Shown: positions 13,770-26,370, counted from the stretch's first letter. The stretch: DNA of 64,000 nt from Mobula hypostoma (GCF_963921235.1 NC_086105.1:46066001-46130000); one strand, 5' to 3'. The notes: a model not told the origin generated them from the sequence alone. A program made the numbers and translations.

Positions 13770-14555
13770 CCACAATGTGGACAAGACTAAAGAGATGATT
13801 GTCGATGAAAGAAAGGTGCAGGCAAGTCACTCCTCACTGCACAATTACAGCTCCTCCATGGAGAGAGTTAGGAGCACCAAGTTTCTGGGAGCACATAATG
13901 GATGATCTCACCTGGTCCCTCAACACCACCCCTTTAGCCAAAAAAGCACAGCAGCGTCTTTACTTCCTGAAAAGATTGAGGTGAGCAAGAATCCTTCTCC
14001 CCGCCCCCATTCCAGCCAATTTTTACAGGAGCACTATAGAGCTGACCATCTGGTACGAGAATTGCCAAGTAAGATCCTACAAAGGATTGCGAGGACCGCT
14101 GAAAGGATCATCGGGTTCTCTCTTCCACCCATCAGAGATATTTACTAGGAGCACTGGGGACATAAGGCCCTTAGCATTGTCAATGAATCCCACCCATCTG
14201 TCCAGCAAACTATCTCTTTGACCCCCTACCATCAGGCAGAAGGTGCTGTAGCATTAGGACAAGGACTGTTAGGATAGCAAACACCTTCTTCCCCCAGGCT
14301 GTGTGACTACTGAACTCCCTGCTACCACCCAGATCGCAGCATGTATGAAGCGCCAGTAGTGTTATACTGTTTACTTTTTAACTTGTATCATAAATGCATC
14401 TCATTACCTACTAATTTATTGGTGTTAATGTTACTTTATGTGTTGTGTGTGTGAGTTACATGTATTGTGTTGAGCACCTTGGTCCAGAGGAATGTTGTAT
14501 AATCTGGCGGGATACATGTATACTGTTGAAATCATGGTAAACTTGAACTTGAACT
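13770..14555 (+). mobile_element. Rex1-type LINE 3' fragment
   Basis: DDLTWSLNT...KKAQQRLYFLKRLR (ORF 13799..13984); tail aaacttgaacttgaac. Confidence 0.8.
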
Positions 14556-14604
14556 AGTGGATATCTTCAAAGAAGCTTTCAACCTTCCCGGTGCGTAACC
14601 ATCC

Positions 14605-14855
14605 CTGTGGTAGCACAGCAGTGTAGCGGTTTGTGTATTATTATTACAGCGCAGTTACCCGGGTTCAGTTCTGGTGCTGTGTGTAAGGAGTTTGTACTTT
14701 CTCTCCGTAACCGCACGGGTGCTCTGGTTTCCTACCCCACATTCTAAAGAAATCTGGGTTAGGAGGTTAATTGGTTACACGGGTACAATTGGGCAGTGGG
14801 CTCATTGGGCTGGAAGGGCCTGTTCCCGTGCTGTACCTCTAATTAAAATAAAGTA
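14605..14855 (+). mobile_element. tRNA-derived V-SINE (HE1-like)
   Basis: A/B-box-like head (gtagcggtt...gggttcagttc) and V-domain (gggtgctctggtttcctaccccacattctaaaga). Confidence 0.7.
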
Positions 14856-16769
14856 AGTAAAATCCAGACCAACGCATCCTTTGGTGCCATTTTACACAGT
14901 GGAGAACATCAGGACCACACGCAAGAATTAAGGCTGCGCACCGACAACTGCTCTCTATAAAATGTAGCTGACAGCCCACGGTCTCCTGCTGAAAGAAAGC
15001 CCACAAGAAATCCTCTCCTTTATACCACACAGATCCAAGAAGCAGTAGTAAATACTTGTCGAGTGCCTTCAGCCCAGTAAGTTGTTCAGTGTGCCCATCA
15101 AAACCAAAAACTGAATCAGAGAACATGACACTCAGACAGGGAACCAAATCCTTGCCTAACGTGGGTGCTTTAAGTATTAAATCTTGAGCAATGAAACTCG
15201 AAGGAAATCCCTGCGAATCTATATTAAAACAAATGCCAACTCTACTTGAAGATTATTGACCAAAAAAAAATGAGAGTTAAGAAAGTGGAGTTGGGTTTAC
15301 TTGAGATACAGTACATCTGGCATATCTTTGAAGCAGAATGTGTTAGGGACTTGTTAAAATTATAATCCAGCTCCTAGCTGGAAAGTACACATCAGGATTC
15401 GGAGTGATGTCACATATGCTGGATGAGCTGGCGGCTAGTCTGTGTTTCCACCCGAAGCATGGTGCAGGACCCAGTTGGCTCTTTTACAAGAGAAATGTAA
15501 GCAATAACTATGAAACCTTTAATCTCAAAATCCTGTGCTCAAAATCAAAGCTTTCTTCATTTAAAAAATAAATGACTGAGTTTACACTGAGCTGGATTTA
15601 ATTCCAACCAGAAAACAGTGCTGGTCACTTGATATGTACATAGGCTGTTAGTGTGTTTACATTGAATATTCAGGTTAAAGCACCAGTCAAACAATACGGC
15701 GTCCATGTACCGTACATCTGACACCCATATTAAATGATCAAGAATCCATATATCTCTGTTACCATCTTTGTAACCAGAGTAAATAAAGTCAGAAGAGGAA
15801 ATAGAAATAAGACCCCTGATTTCTGCTTTACACCATTAATGTGTGTTAGCTGGCAGCTGACCTTATTGTATTTAAACTGTGATCACTGTCAGCCTCAAAG
15901 TTACTTCAATGTAAAACCCAGCCCTGTGATCCGAAAGGAACTACATGTGTGATCAATGGATGTTGGGTGAATGGACACACTATAGAATGAGGCACAGTAA
16001 CTAGGCTGTAATCAAAATATTTTCCTAATTCATTCTTTTAACATAACTAGGTTGGGTTTCATGATATCCCCCATTCACAAAGATGGAATGTCTCAGGATA
16101 CATGAGATCTCCCCTTCCATCGAAAAGATGCTGAACCATACATCATCATACCTATTTTCTACCTGCTTGTGTAAACCCAGATGCATAGGAACAGATTGTG
16201 CCAGGATAGAAGTCAAAGAATTTCACTTAGGTCACCTATAATTCAGGCAGCTCCTCTCCATTCCTCTCACTGAACAAGTCTAGCACCTGTACCTCACTCT
16301 CATTTTAACAAGTCACTGTTATTCTGGTTAAGCGTTTGAACTCCCGTGGATTATTTATTAAAGAATCAACTGTGTCATAATGACCGTCAAGTCACACCCT
16401 GTGAAATCTGGTCTACATTACCGGGTCTTTGGTTTATTTTTAATTGTCCTGAAATTCACATTTCTTTACATAATCCTCAATGAATGACATGTGTTACATA
16501 CTACTTCCAGACCATGAGAGCAAAAAACTTTAATGAAAGAATGAAACACCAAATAAAGCCAAGATAAGAGCTTCATTAAACTGAAAATGTAAAGACGTGG
16601 GGGGGGGGGGGTCAGCAAGTGGTCAAAATATAACTCTGGGGTTGCATTCATCTTTCATTCATTCATGATTTAGAACAGGCAAATTTCAGTCAAAATACCC
16701 ACTTCTTTTTGATAGACTGTTATAATCCATTCAGTTTGCTGCCTTAATTTAAATAAGAGCCCTTGAGTC

Positions 16770-17090
16770 ATACAGCAGAGAAATGGGCTCTCTGGCTCAC
16801 AGAATCCTTGCCAATCACCAAACACCCACTTACACTAATCCTAAACTAATCCCAGTTTACTCTCCCCACATTCCCATCATCTCTCCCCAGAGTCTACCAC
16901 CCACTTACACTCTAGGGGACTTTTACAATGGCCTGTTAACCTACCAACGTGCATATTTTAAGATGTGGGAATAAGGGAGAACATGTGCAGGAAACCCTTT
17001 TGGTCACGGCCAGAACGCACAGGCAGCATCAGAGGTCAGGATCGAACCTGAAGCCAGAGACAGTGAGACAGCAGCTTAACAGTGCTACAA
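16770..17090 (-). mobile_element. V-SINE copy
   Basis: Reverse-complement head (caggttcgatcctgacct) and V-domain. Confidence 0.6.
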
Positions 17091-17319
17091 ATATATCCCT
17101 TTAAGCCTTTGAGGGGACATTGTAGACCAATAAATGGAACTAAAAAAAATTGTATCAAATTGACAGGTAAGGCAATGTCGCATAGGAAAGTGTTATGCCA
17201 AAGGATTGCAACTTAAAAATCAGCAGTGGATGACTGAAAAAAAATGAGACAATGGGAAATTAGCAAACAACCGGAAACAAGTATCTTCAGGTCTATGGGT
17301 GGAGGACAATGTCTGATTT

Positions 17320-17695
17320 TGTGGTGTGTGGATTGGACTCTGAAATGCATGTTACGATGTGTTTCTAGTTTCTGCTGGTTGCTCCATCTTCATTGCTATT
17401 TTAGGTGACTGGGGCAGCCTGCTGATAACAAACAACAAACAGCTGGACTGAAATAAACTAAACAGAACTGGATGTGCCAGGACTCTTTAGATTTTGCATT
17501 CTATAGTCTGTATTTTTCATTCTCTCCCCCCCCCCCACTCCTTTTTGGCATTTGCGTGATTTCTTCCTGTGCGTTGGGGAGGTGGGGTTTGACGTTTTTC
17601 TTTGCCCAGATTCCAGGGTTTTCTTTGTTTTGTGGCTGTCTGTGGGAAGACCAATCTCAGGATTGTATACTGCATTCATACTTTGTGTCTTTGAA
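17320..17695 (+). repeat. Unclassified short interspersed repeat
   Basis: 3' part (ttgttttgtggctgtctgt...aatctc...catactttg) matches the reverse complement of 19645-19740. Confidence 0.5.
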
Positions 17696-18265
17696 TATAA
17701 ATATTGGTCCCTTCGAGGGTGAGATGGGAGAATTGAAAAATGAAGAACAAAGAAACAGCAGAGATTTTAATCAATAATGTTTGGTATTAAAAACATCTTG
17801 ATAATAATAGTTAAACTTCAGGACCACTGGGAAGCAGAAACTTAACCTCCACCACTAAAGAGAAAGTCATTGGCAAACTAATGGAACTAAAGCTTGATGT
17901 CCCCTTTAAGGCCCAGTAGGAAGTGAGTGCAAAGGCTGAGAGTGTGATGATTGTAATCTACCAGAATTCCAGAGGACTGGAAAACTCTAATATCACTTGT
18001 CAACACAGGGTTCTATAGGTCATTCGTAAGGAGAAACGTTGGAATTCATAATGGAATAAAAGTAGGAGACAATCAAGCAGAGTCAAGGAAAAGAAATTAT
18101 GTGTGTCAAATATGTTTGCCTTTCTGAGGATAGAACAGAAAGGTGGATTTAGATGAACCAGCAGATGTAGATGTATATTTACAATGCTACATAGAAGACT
18201 ACATCTCAGGAGTTCACAGAATTGGGGAGAATATATTGGCATGGGAAATTAAGTGGCTTACTAAC
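17695..18265 (+). mobile_element. Old, internally deleted CR1 ORF2 fragment
   Basis: Decayed ttccagaggactggaaa (PEDWK) and gtagatgt...tatatt (VD.VY) segments. Confidence 0.5.
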
Positions 18266-18284
18266 ACAAAAGTCAAGCACTCTT

Positions 18285-18590
18285 TGGCAGCAGTACAGTA
18301 GCATAGTGGTTAGCACAACACTTTACAGTACCTGTGACAAGGGTTCAATTCCCGCTGCTGCCTGTAAGGGGTTTCTACATTCCCCCCGTGACCATGTGGG
18401 TTTCCTCCGGGTACTCCAGTTTCCTCCCACAGTCCAAAGACGTACAGGTTGGTAGGTTAATTGATCATTGTATATTGTCCTGTGATTAGGCTAGGATTAA
18501 ATTGGGGGGATTGTTGAGTGGCATGGCTCAAAGGGCCTCAAGAGCCTATTCTGTGTTGCATCCAATCAATCAGTCAATTGATCAATAAGT
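18285..18590 (+). mobile_element. V-SINE copy
   Basis: Head gtagcatagtggttagcac...gggttcaattccc; V-domain gtgggtttcctccgggtactccagtttcctcccacagtccaaagacg; (tcaa)n tail. Confidence 0.8.
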
Positions 18591-18624
18591 AAGCGGTCAT
18601 TTTGATTGGTTATCAGCAACTAGT

Positions 18625-19265
18625 GAGGTATCACACTAAACTCCTATCAACCATGCAGCCCAACACAATTCTATCCAATCACAAGATGTCCATCCAACCC
18701 CTCCACTGAATTCAATCCTTACTGCTGACCCCCTGACAGTCTCCCAGACAAATTCCTGATTTTCCCCTGTGCCCCCATTCTGATCCCCCAGTCTCCCTTC
18801 CCACCACTCCCAAACTCACCACCAGCCATCACAACCCTCCCAATCCAGATAGGCTGGGTGTGGATTTACTGGATTTCTCTTGCACACACAGCAATGCCAA
18901 AGTGTTTGAAGGACTGGTTGCTTGTGTAGGACTAGTTGTTAGCACACAGCATCTTGGGTCTACTGCGCAGTGAATACTGCTGCAATGGTTCCTGGGTCAA
19001 ACAATCCCTGGGTCAGCAGAATTGCAAAGAAAGCCCAGATCTGGATCCAGATCAAATGGGTTGTCCATGCGGGGGAAAGAGGATCCGTGGGTGGTGGGTG
19101 TTGGAGAGGCAGCTGGAGTGGGAGCAGCGAAGATCAGGAATTGGTGGTGAATTCAGGCTGGAAGATTGCTGGGGGTCTGGCAAAAAGGACTGAATTCAGG
19201 GGCAGAATGAGACTGGAAGGAAATGAATGTGGGTTGCATGGCTGATAAAGGTTTGAGGGATACTC
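18625..19265. repeat. Degenerate fold-back (long inverted repeat) element
   Basis: 18625-18850 aligns with the reverse complement of ~19050-19265 (tatcaaccatgcagccc/tatcagccatgcaaccc; ctgaattcaatcctt/ctgaattcagtcctt; aattcctgat). Confidence 0.6.
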
Positions 19266-19644
19266 ATTCAGAGTGGTGTGAATAGGCTAGGGACTGATAA
19301 CACTTACCAGTGTCATTCTGTGCTCATTTTCCAAACACTGAGTGAAAACAATACCACCTGCATCCCCCTCTTATTCATCCCAAAGCCTTCCAAACTTTTC
19401 CTTTTACTGTCAGCAGCATTAGATTTTAGTTTGCTCGGTTAAGTCTAGTCACTGGTTGTATCGGGTATCATTCAATAGCCACAGCCCACTACCCATGTGC
19501 TGGACTGTATCTGGGTTTGGGCTCCGGATTGGAATCCACAGATCCTTGGGTCGACAGAGCTCATAGGATATTGATCAACTGTGAGAGGTGCAGTCAAACA
19601 AACTTCGGCATTCATACATCTCCAGAGAAATGCACAATCTTTTA

Positions 19645-19915
19645 AAGATTCAAAACACACTTATTATCAAAGAATACATAAATTGAGATACATCCGCTTA
19701 CAGGCAGCCACAAAGCAAGAAACCCGAATAACCCAATTTTAAAAAAAAGACCAAAAACCACTGCGCAGAGGAAGAGAGAAAAAAACACAAATCAAGCAAA
19801 CAATAGAAGCAAGCCAACAGTGTTCCGAACCAGAATGAGTCCCTAGATCCACTCCCTGAGCAGCCGGACTAGGCCCAAGCCTCAGTCCTAGTTCATCATA
19901 CCAGCAGGGCAAAAA
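19645..19915 (-). repeat. Unclassified short interspersed repeat, same family as 17320-17695
   Basis: Reverse complement gggtttcttgctttgtggctgcctgt...tttgataataag...tttgaatct. Confidence 0.5.
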
Positions 19916-20857
19916 CACATAATTATTGGGGTAACTGCACCATCCATCTCATCTCTATTGCCTAACCTCTTGCTCTGTGTGACCATCTAGGATACCAATA
20001 ACGTATCCTTGTCACAATTGTACTGTTGAACATCCCATGCCTGTGCAATGTCTGCTGGATTATACATTGCAGAGGGCACCACTCCAGTCATCCACTTAAA
20101 TATCCAACAGGTTTGCTCTCACTTTCGGCCTTCAATCTCGCACCTGTCTGTTTTCAGACTGAACGCTGTTGTTGCACTGCCATTCCCTGAAGCTCCATGT
20201 TTCACCCCTTCTCAGCTCCCTTTACACTTGCACCACGTTTTTCACTTGTCTGTCAACAGCGGCTCGAGCAAGACTTCAGGGAAGTATTTAATGGATTCCA
20301 AACTGATTCCTTTTGGTATCTGAAAAGACTGTCTGGCTGAAAGGCAGATGTCGAGCTTCCACGCCTCTGCCTTGGTGTGACTTACATTGGGGAACGTAGG
20401 TCTTGTGTCAGGGATGGACAGGTTTACTTTGTGCTCCATGCTTGTCTTTCACCTCGCACAAGGGTTAATGAGGAGGGCTGACCCCTGGATGAAGTTACAC
20501 GTTAAAAGTAGCAGAACGCTGTGGGAAACAGGGCTGTGGTCAGGCATGGTCACAGTTTGTATTCTCATCTGGCAAACAGCCTGCAGTTTTTGTCAGATGA
20601 GGCTCAAAAGTGTTGATGGCTTCTCACCAGAAATTTTCTGATGTGAAGAGATAGGGGCAGCACTTAGGACCGGTCCAAACTTAAAGCAGCAAACAGGGCT
20701 CACTGTGCTACAGTAAGCCCAACAAAGATTCGAAATGAGGTTATCAGAATCAGAAGCGGGTTTAAAATCACTGGCATCTTTGGTAACATTTGATTTTTTG
20801 TGGCAGCAGTACATTGCAATACATAATAATCAAAATTATAAGTTACAATAAGAAGTG

Positions 20858-21942
20858 CATTGGATTCTGGTTAATTGGGACACATTAGGATCAGTACATG
20901 TTGGAGCAATTAAGAGGCTGCTCCAATTAACCAAAGTTTCATGGAAATAGTTAAAAGGTATAAAAAAGACAAATTACAGTTTAACTGAGCATCAATTTAT
21001 ATATTTAAATGAACTACAGAACATATTAGAACACTACCAAAACTTTCCATCGGTAGTTGAGACTAGAACTAGGGGACATTGCCTCAAGATTCAGGGGAGA
21101 AAATTTAGGATGGAGATGAGGAGAAACTGTTTTTCCCACAGAGTGGTGAATCTGTGGAATTCTCTGCCCAGGGAAGCAGTTGAGACTTCTTCACTAAATA
21201 TATTTAAGATACAGTTAGATAGATTTTTACATAGTAGGGGAATTAAGGGTTATGGGGAAAAGGCAGGTAGATGGAGCTGAGTTTATGGACAGATCAGCCA
21301 TGATCTTATTGAATGGCGGGGCAGGCTCAATGGGCCGGATGGCCTACTCCTGCTCCTATTTCTTATGTTCTGCAGAATACCTCGACAGTACTATAAAACT
21401 GTGTATTAGTTCCAAATAGTTATCGACAGAGGAATTCATTAACTGTGTTCTTTTAATTGATTGTAAAAGAAAAAAATCAGTGCAGATAATGGACCACCTT
21501 GAAACAATGCTTTAGACAACTGCATCCCCAAAATCTTCATTTTCATTGTAAAGTTCAAGATAATTGTCGATACCGTTGTAATTCCGAGCTTGTTGAAGTA
21601 GTGAAATTGGTTTAATTTTCACTCCAGGCCATTCCTGGCATCTCCAAGCCTGAATGCTTGAAACCACAGTGAGCAAAACAGCTTTGTATTGTCTTACTAC
21701 TTATTTCTCACCAACTATCAATGACAAAAATCACTGTTTTTTGACACAAACATACACAATTGATGCTATTGAAAACCTGATTGCTCTAAATGCGGTGCAG
21801 TGTCTAACGGCCACGCAAGTGCATGAATCTGACGCCAGTTAGCAACTGTTCAGCAACAGTCTCCCACCCCAATGAGTGGCATAGTGTTCCAACTAAACAA
21901 CTGCCTCGATTAACCGACAGCCCAACTAACCGGAATCCACTC
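20858..21942 (-). mobile_element. Tigger/pogo-type DNA transposon remnant
   Basis: TIRs cattggattctggttaattggg and cccaactaaccggaatccact; internal sequence is the reverse complement of the 7015-7832 family (aagcctgaatgcttgaaaccacagtgagcaaaacag). Confidence 0.75.
21045..21370 (+). mobile_element. CR1 3' end nested in the Tigger remnant
   Basis: RTRGHCLKI...NCFSHRVVNLWNSLP; CR1 3' UTR ending cctactcctgctcctatttcttatgttct. Confidence 0.85.
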
Positions 21943-22067
21943 TGTGTGTGTGTGTATATGAAAATTGAATTAAATAAGTAGTTCAAAAAGAAAGGGAAAA
22001 AATACTGAAGAAGTAATGCATAAACTCTTTTTGGACTTCCAGCTGGGTCCAGGTGTTGATTTTAACC

Positions 22068-22102
22068 AACATTTCAATGACAAGTTCTGCCATCTTCATC
22101 AG
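22068..22102 (-). ncRNA. Decayed minimal type-I hammerhead ribozyme motif in the inverted pLTR
   Basis: Minus strand CTGATGA-agatggcagaacttgtcatt-GAAATGTT (CpG-decayed GAAACGTC). Confidence 0.6.
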
Positions 22103-22823
22103 CGATGCTGCCTAGGCGTGTCTAGTCCAGTGGTATATCTACTCAAATCCCCTAGCAATAGCCAGAGACAAGGGTGGCCCCACGGCTACTCTGTCCATTT
22201 GTTCACAGTAGTTCCCCTTATAGAGGAAGTACGTCTATTGCTAATTTCTACATGGAGGACATTGAGGAGAAGGTACTGAGTTCATCACCCTTATGCTCCA
22301 AAAGCTTCTTCAGATTTGTCCATGACACCTTCATAGTGTGTCCACATGGACTCCAGGCACTCCAACAGTTCTATGATCATCTGATCAGCATACACCCAGA
22401 CATTCAGTTTTCGATGGAGATGGAGAAGAATGGTTGCCTCCCATTCCCGGACATTCCAATACAACGGAAGTCGGACGGTAGCCTTGGGCATGTTGTTTAT
22501 CGGAAGCCTACTCATGTGGACTTACACCTCAACAATACCAGCCACCATCACGCCTCCCAGTTCTTTCTACTTTGCTTAACCATATGAAAACTATTTCAGA
22601 CCCAAAGAGTCTCCATGAGAGAATAAGACGATTAGGCATGACATTCCTACAGAATGGCTACAAGGCAAAGGATATTAATCAGGCCCTTAAAAGCGCTAAT
22701 AGAAAAACCAGAAAAACCTAGCAACTAGCAGGAACCCATCGCTACCACCTGTCTTCCCTATTTTTCCACGGTTTCTGGAAGGATAGCCAGGATCCTGAAG
22801 AAATACCAGATAAATATTATCCA

Positions 22824-23885
22824 TGCAGTCGTCATTGCTGGGGGAAAAGATCCATTCAATGCATGTTGACACCTCTATTGTAAACTGAATAATGGACTAC
22901 CTGACTGGCGGACCATAGTTTGTGAAGCTTCAGTGCTATGTGTCAGACATAGCTGTAAGCAGCAGTGGGGCCCCAGAGGAGGCTGTATTGGCTCCCTTCC
23001 TGTTTACCCTATATTCCTCGGACTTTAGATACAACACTGAGTCATGTCATCAGCAGAAATTCTCTGATGACTCATCAACAGATGGGTGTAGACAGGAGGA
23101 TGAATACAGGGCCCTGGTGGAGGACTTTGTCAACTGGTGCAAGGCGAATCATCAGCAGATCAACATCAATAAAACAAAGGAGATGGTGATGGACTTTAGG
23201 AAGACTAAGCCTGCACTTTTCCCTATTACTATGGATGGTGAGGACGTGGATGTGGTGAGGGCCTACAAGTACCTGGGGGTGCACCTGAAAGACAGACTTG
23301 AGTGGAGCACCAACGCAGAGGCTGTGTACAAGAAGGGTCGGAGTCGCCTCTACTTTCTGAGGAGACTGAAGTCCTTTGGTGTATGGAGGCCTCTCCTTCA
23401 CATGTTCTACTAGTCTGTTGTCATCAGTACAATCTTCTATGCAGTGGTGTGCTGGGGCAATGGCATCAACACAGTAGATGCCAACAGGCTTAATAAACTG
23501 ATTAGACAGGTGTTCCTCTGTTATAGGAGTCAAACTGGACACTCTGGAGGCTGTGGTGAAATAAAGGACCCTACGGAAAATCCCAGCAATTCTGGATAAT
23601 GTTTCTCACCCTCTGCATGAACAGAGGAGCACTTTTAGTAGTAGACTAAGACAACTGCACTGCTCCAATAAGCACTATATAAAGTAGTTCTTACCCTCAC
23701 TATTAGGCTCTATAATGAGTCAACCTATGGCCTGGAAAGTGATGACCCCCTCCTGTTAGACTGTTTGTGGTAACTTACTTTTTATTCATTCTACTTCTCT
23801 TCTAATATTTATATCTGTGCACTTGTAATGCTACTGTGACACTGTAATTCCCTTTGGGATCAATGAAGTATCTATCTGTCTATCG
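22824..23885 (+). mobile_element. Rex1/Babar LINE inserted in the PLE
   Basis: ORF 22922..23413 (KFSDD, KTKEMVMDFRK, YKYLGVHL); (TATC)n tail; ATCCA on both sides, where the uninterrupted PLE copy at ~57140 has one ATCCA. Confidence 0.88.
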
Positions 23886-24347
23886 ATCCACAAACCCGTA
23901 AGGAAGCTCAATCACAACTTATGTGGGTTAAAGATGACCTGGGACTCAGCGTTGCTAATGTTTACAGGATTCCCTGTGAATGCAGAGAAGCATATATCGG
24001 CCAAACGGGGCATACGGTGGAAACCTGCATCAAGGAGCATTGGAGGTGTATCCGTTTGGGTTACCCGGAGAAATCGGTGGTACCAGAATATTGCATATGC
24101 AATGACCATAGGATTGACTTCAATGGCACAGAACTACCATGCTGTTCCAAGAGCTTTTGGGATCACCTAGTGAAGGAACCATTAAAGTAAGACTAGAGAA
24201 TAAGAATTTCAAGAAAGACAAAGGTTTTGTTCTAAGAACTGCAATCTGAGCAGAAATCTGATTGGTTGTGGACTAACCAATCAGGAGGCACGGACGACGG
24301 GAGTTGAGTATGTATATCACGGGACTAGACATGCCTAGGTATCATCC

Positions 24348-24382
24348 CTGATGAAGATGGCAGAGTTTGTGATCAAAACGTC
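24348..24382 (+). ncRNA. Decayed minimal type-I hammerhead ribozyme motif in PLE pLTR
   Basis: CTGATGA-agatggcagagtttgtgatc-AAAACGTC; with the inverted copy at 22068-22102 this gives consensus CTGATGA/stem II/GAAACGTC. Confidence 0.6.
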
Positions 24383-25779
24383 AGTTCGAATCGACATCTG
24401 GACCCAGCTGGAACCCTGAGAAGAGTTTATGCATCAGGAAAGCACTAGATCCTTTTTTAATGAGGTAGTGTTCATGGGTTCATTCAGGAATCCGTAGGTG
24501 GAGAGGGAGAAGCTGTTCCTGAAATGCTGAGTGTGTATCTCTGGGCTCCTGTACCTCTTCCTTGAGAAGAAGGCATGTCCATTGGGTGATGGGCTGGGGG
24601 TCCTTAATAATGGATGATGCCTTTTCGTGTCATTGCCTTTTGAAGGTGCCTTAGATGTTCTGGAGGCTAGTGCTGGCTGAATTTTCAATTTTCAACTTTC
24701 TGAAGCTTTTTCCCATCCCGTGCAGTGGCCCTTCCAAACCAGACAGTGAGGGTATCAGTTAGAAAGCTCTGCACAGTACATTTGTAAAACTTTGCAGTGC
24801 CTTTGGTGACTTGCTAATTCTCTTCAAACTCCTAATGAAATATAGCAAATGTCATGCCTTCTTTGTAACTGTATCAATATATAGGGCCCAGGATAAATCC
24901 TTAGAGATGTTGACACCCAGGAAATTGAAAATGTTAACCCTTTCCATTGCCAATCCCTTGATGAGGACTGGTGTGTGTTCCTTTGAATTCCTTTTCTTGA
25001 AGTCCACAATCTATTCCTTGGTCTTAGTGATGTTGAATGCAAGGTTGTTGATCGTTCTCACTCGTGTATGCCCCCTCGTCACCATCTGAAATTCTGCCAA
25101 CAGTAGGTGTGTTGTCGGCAGATTTGGAGCTGCCATTTGAGCTGTGCCTAGCTACACAACTGTGGGTGTAGAGAGAGTAGGACAGTGGCTAAGCACGCAC
25201 CCTTGAGGTGCACCAGTGTTGACTGACAGCATGGACGAGATGTTATTCCTGATCTGTACAGACTGTGGTTACCCAGTACACCACGTTTTTTTTATTGTAC
25301 ATCGCTGTGAAGATGATGGCAGAAAACTCCCTCGACACATAAAGTGGCCAACATTTGACCACTAGATGTTCCAGGTTGGGAGAGCAGGACTGAGACAGAA
25401 CAACCACATCTGTGCACCACGGTGAGTTAATCATAAAGCATATTTCACCTCCATTCAGTTGTTGTGGAGCAGTTCTGTCTGCAGTTGGTGAATTTATTGT
25501 CAATTATCCATTCTTGTTATGATTAACTTCATTTCTGGAATTCTACTGGTATTTTTAACATCCAGCTGCACTGATTACATAGTGTTCTGAAGTGCAATGT
25601 TGTGAGTAATATTCCCATGCACCCTTCATCTCCACCCCAAACACTGCCACTTTATGCTAAGATTCTACACTTCATACCTATAATCATTATCCTACTGTGC
25701 CTTCATCTGCCCTGCTGCTATCTAGAAGAATTCCTCTTGCCAAAAGTCACTTTGTTACTTATCATTTCCTTTCAGACTC

Positions 25780-26050
25780 ACCTGGTACACTGTACACATA
25801 TGTCTGCACCTAGCATCACTTTTTGTACAGTCTATGTACGTTAGCTAATCTTAGGTATATACTACCACACTCAAACAACTACTTGTACATTGTGTTTTAC
25901 AGAATTGCTTTTATATTTATATTTACCATTTTTTTGTACTTTTTATTGTGTCTTTATGTTTATTGTGTTTCTGGACACCTTAGTAACAATCATTTCGTTC
26001 TCCTTTACACTTGTGTACAACGAATGACTGTAAACTATTTTGATCCTGAT
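25780..26050 (+). mobile_element. Rex1-type 3' UTR fragment
   Basis: T-rich UTR ending gaatgactgtaaactattttgatcctgat. Confidence 0.45.
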
Positions 26051-26074
26051 AAATATCTTGATATCAATATTGAG

Positions 26075-26370
26075 GTACGCCACAGCTTCTGTGGCCTGGG
26101 TTCAATCTTGACCTTCGGTTCTGTCTGAGTGGAGTGACTACATGCGTTCCCTACGGTTTCCTTGCACATCCCGAAGATGTGCAGGTTGGCTGTGTAACTG
26201 CACTTGGCGTGCAGGTTAAATGGTAGAATCTGAGGGGAGCTGATGGGAATGTGGAGAGGGTGGAATGAGATTTGTGTCAGTTTAGTATAAAACAGGTATC
26301 TGAATGGTCTGAATTGTGAACTTGAGGGGCTAAAGGACTTGCTCTGGTGATGTATTGCTCCATGACACTG
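26075..26370 (+). mobile_element. V-SINE copy
   Basis: ctgggttcaatcttgacct...ggtttccttgcacatcccgaagatgtgcagg. Confidence 0.65.

Larger units (their letters stand above)
22016..24434 (+). mobile_element. Penelope-like element (PLE): inverted 5' pLTR, RT C-terminus, GIY-YIG endonuclease, 3' pLTR
   Basis: ORF 22174..22587 (IANFYMED, FRFVHDTF, LPFPDI, VYRKPTH); ORF 23921..24190 (VYRIPCEC..YIGQTG); 22016-22152 is the reverse complement of ~24295-24434. Confidence 0.9.
20743..25500 (-). mobile_element. Rex1-type LINE split into three pieces (20743-20855, 21945-22015, 24435-25500) by later insertions
   Basis: The pieces are collinear with the 3435-4300 copy (aatcagaa...ggttta...aaataagtagt...tgaggtagtgttcatgggttca...gacacccagg); the 25243..25503 ORF is endonuclease-like. 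Confidence 0.7.

Noticed and set aside
14605-14680. tRNA genes at SINE heads (also 18285, 27300, 59310)
   Set aside because: No complete cloverleaf; each continues into a V-domain, so they are SINEs
15297-15482. Apparent acceptor/donor pair starting EPT like a contactin exon
   Set aside because: In-frame stops and no Ig motif
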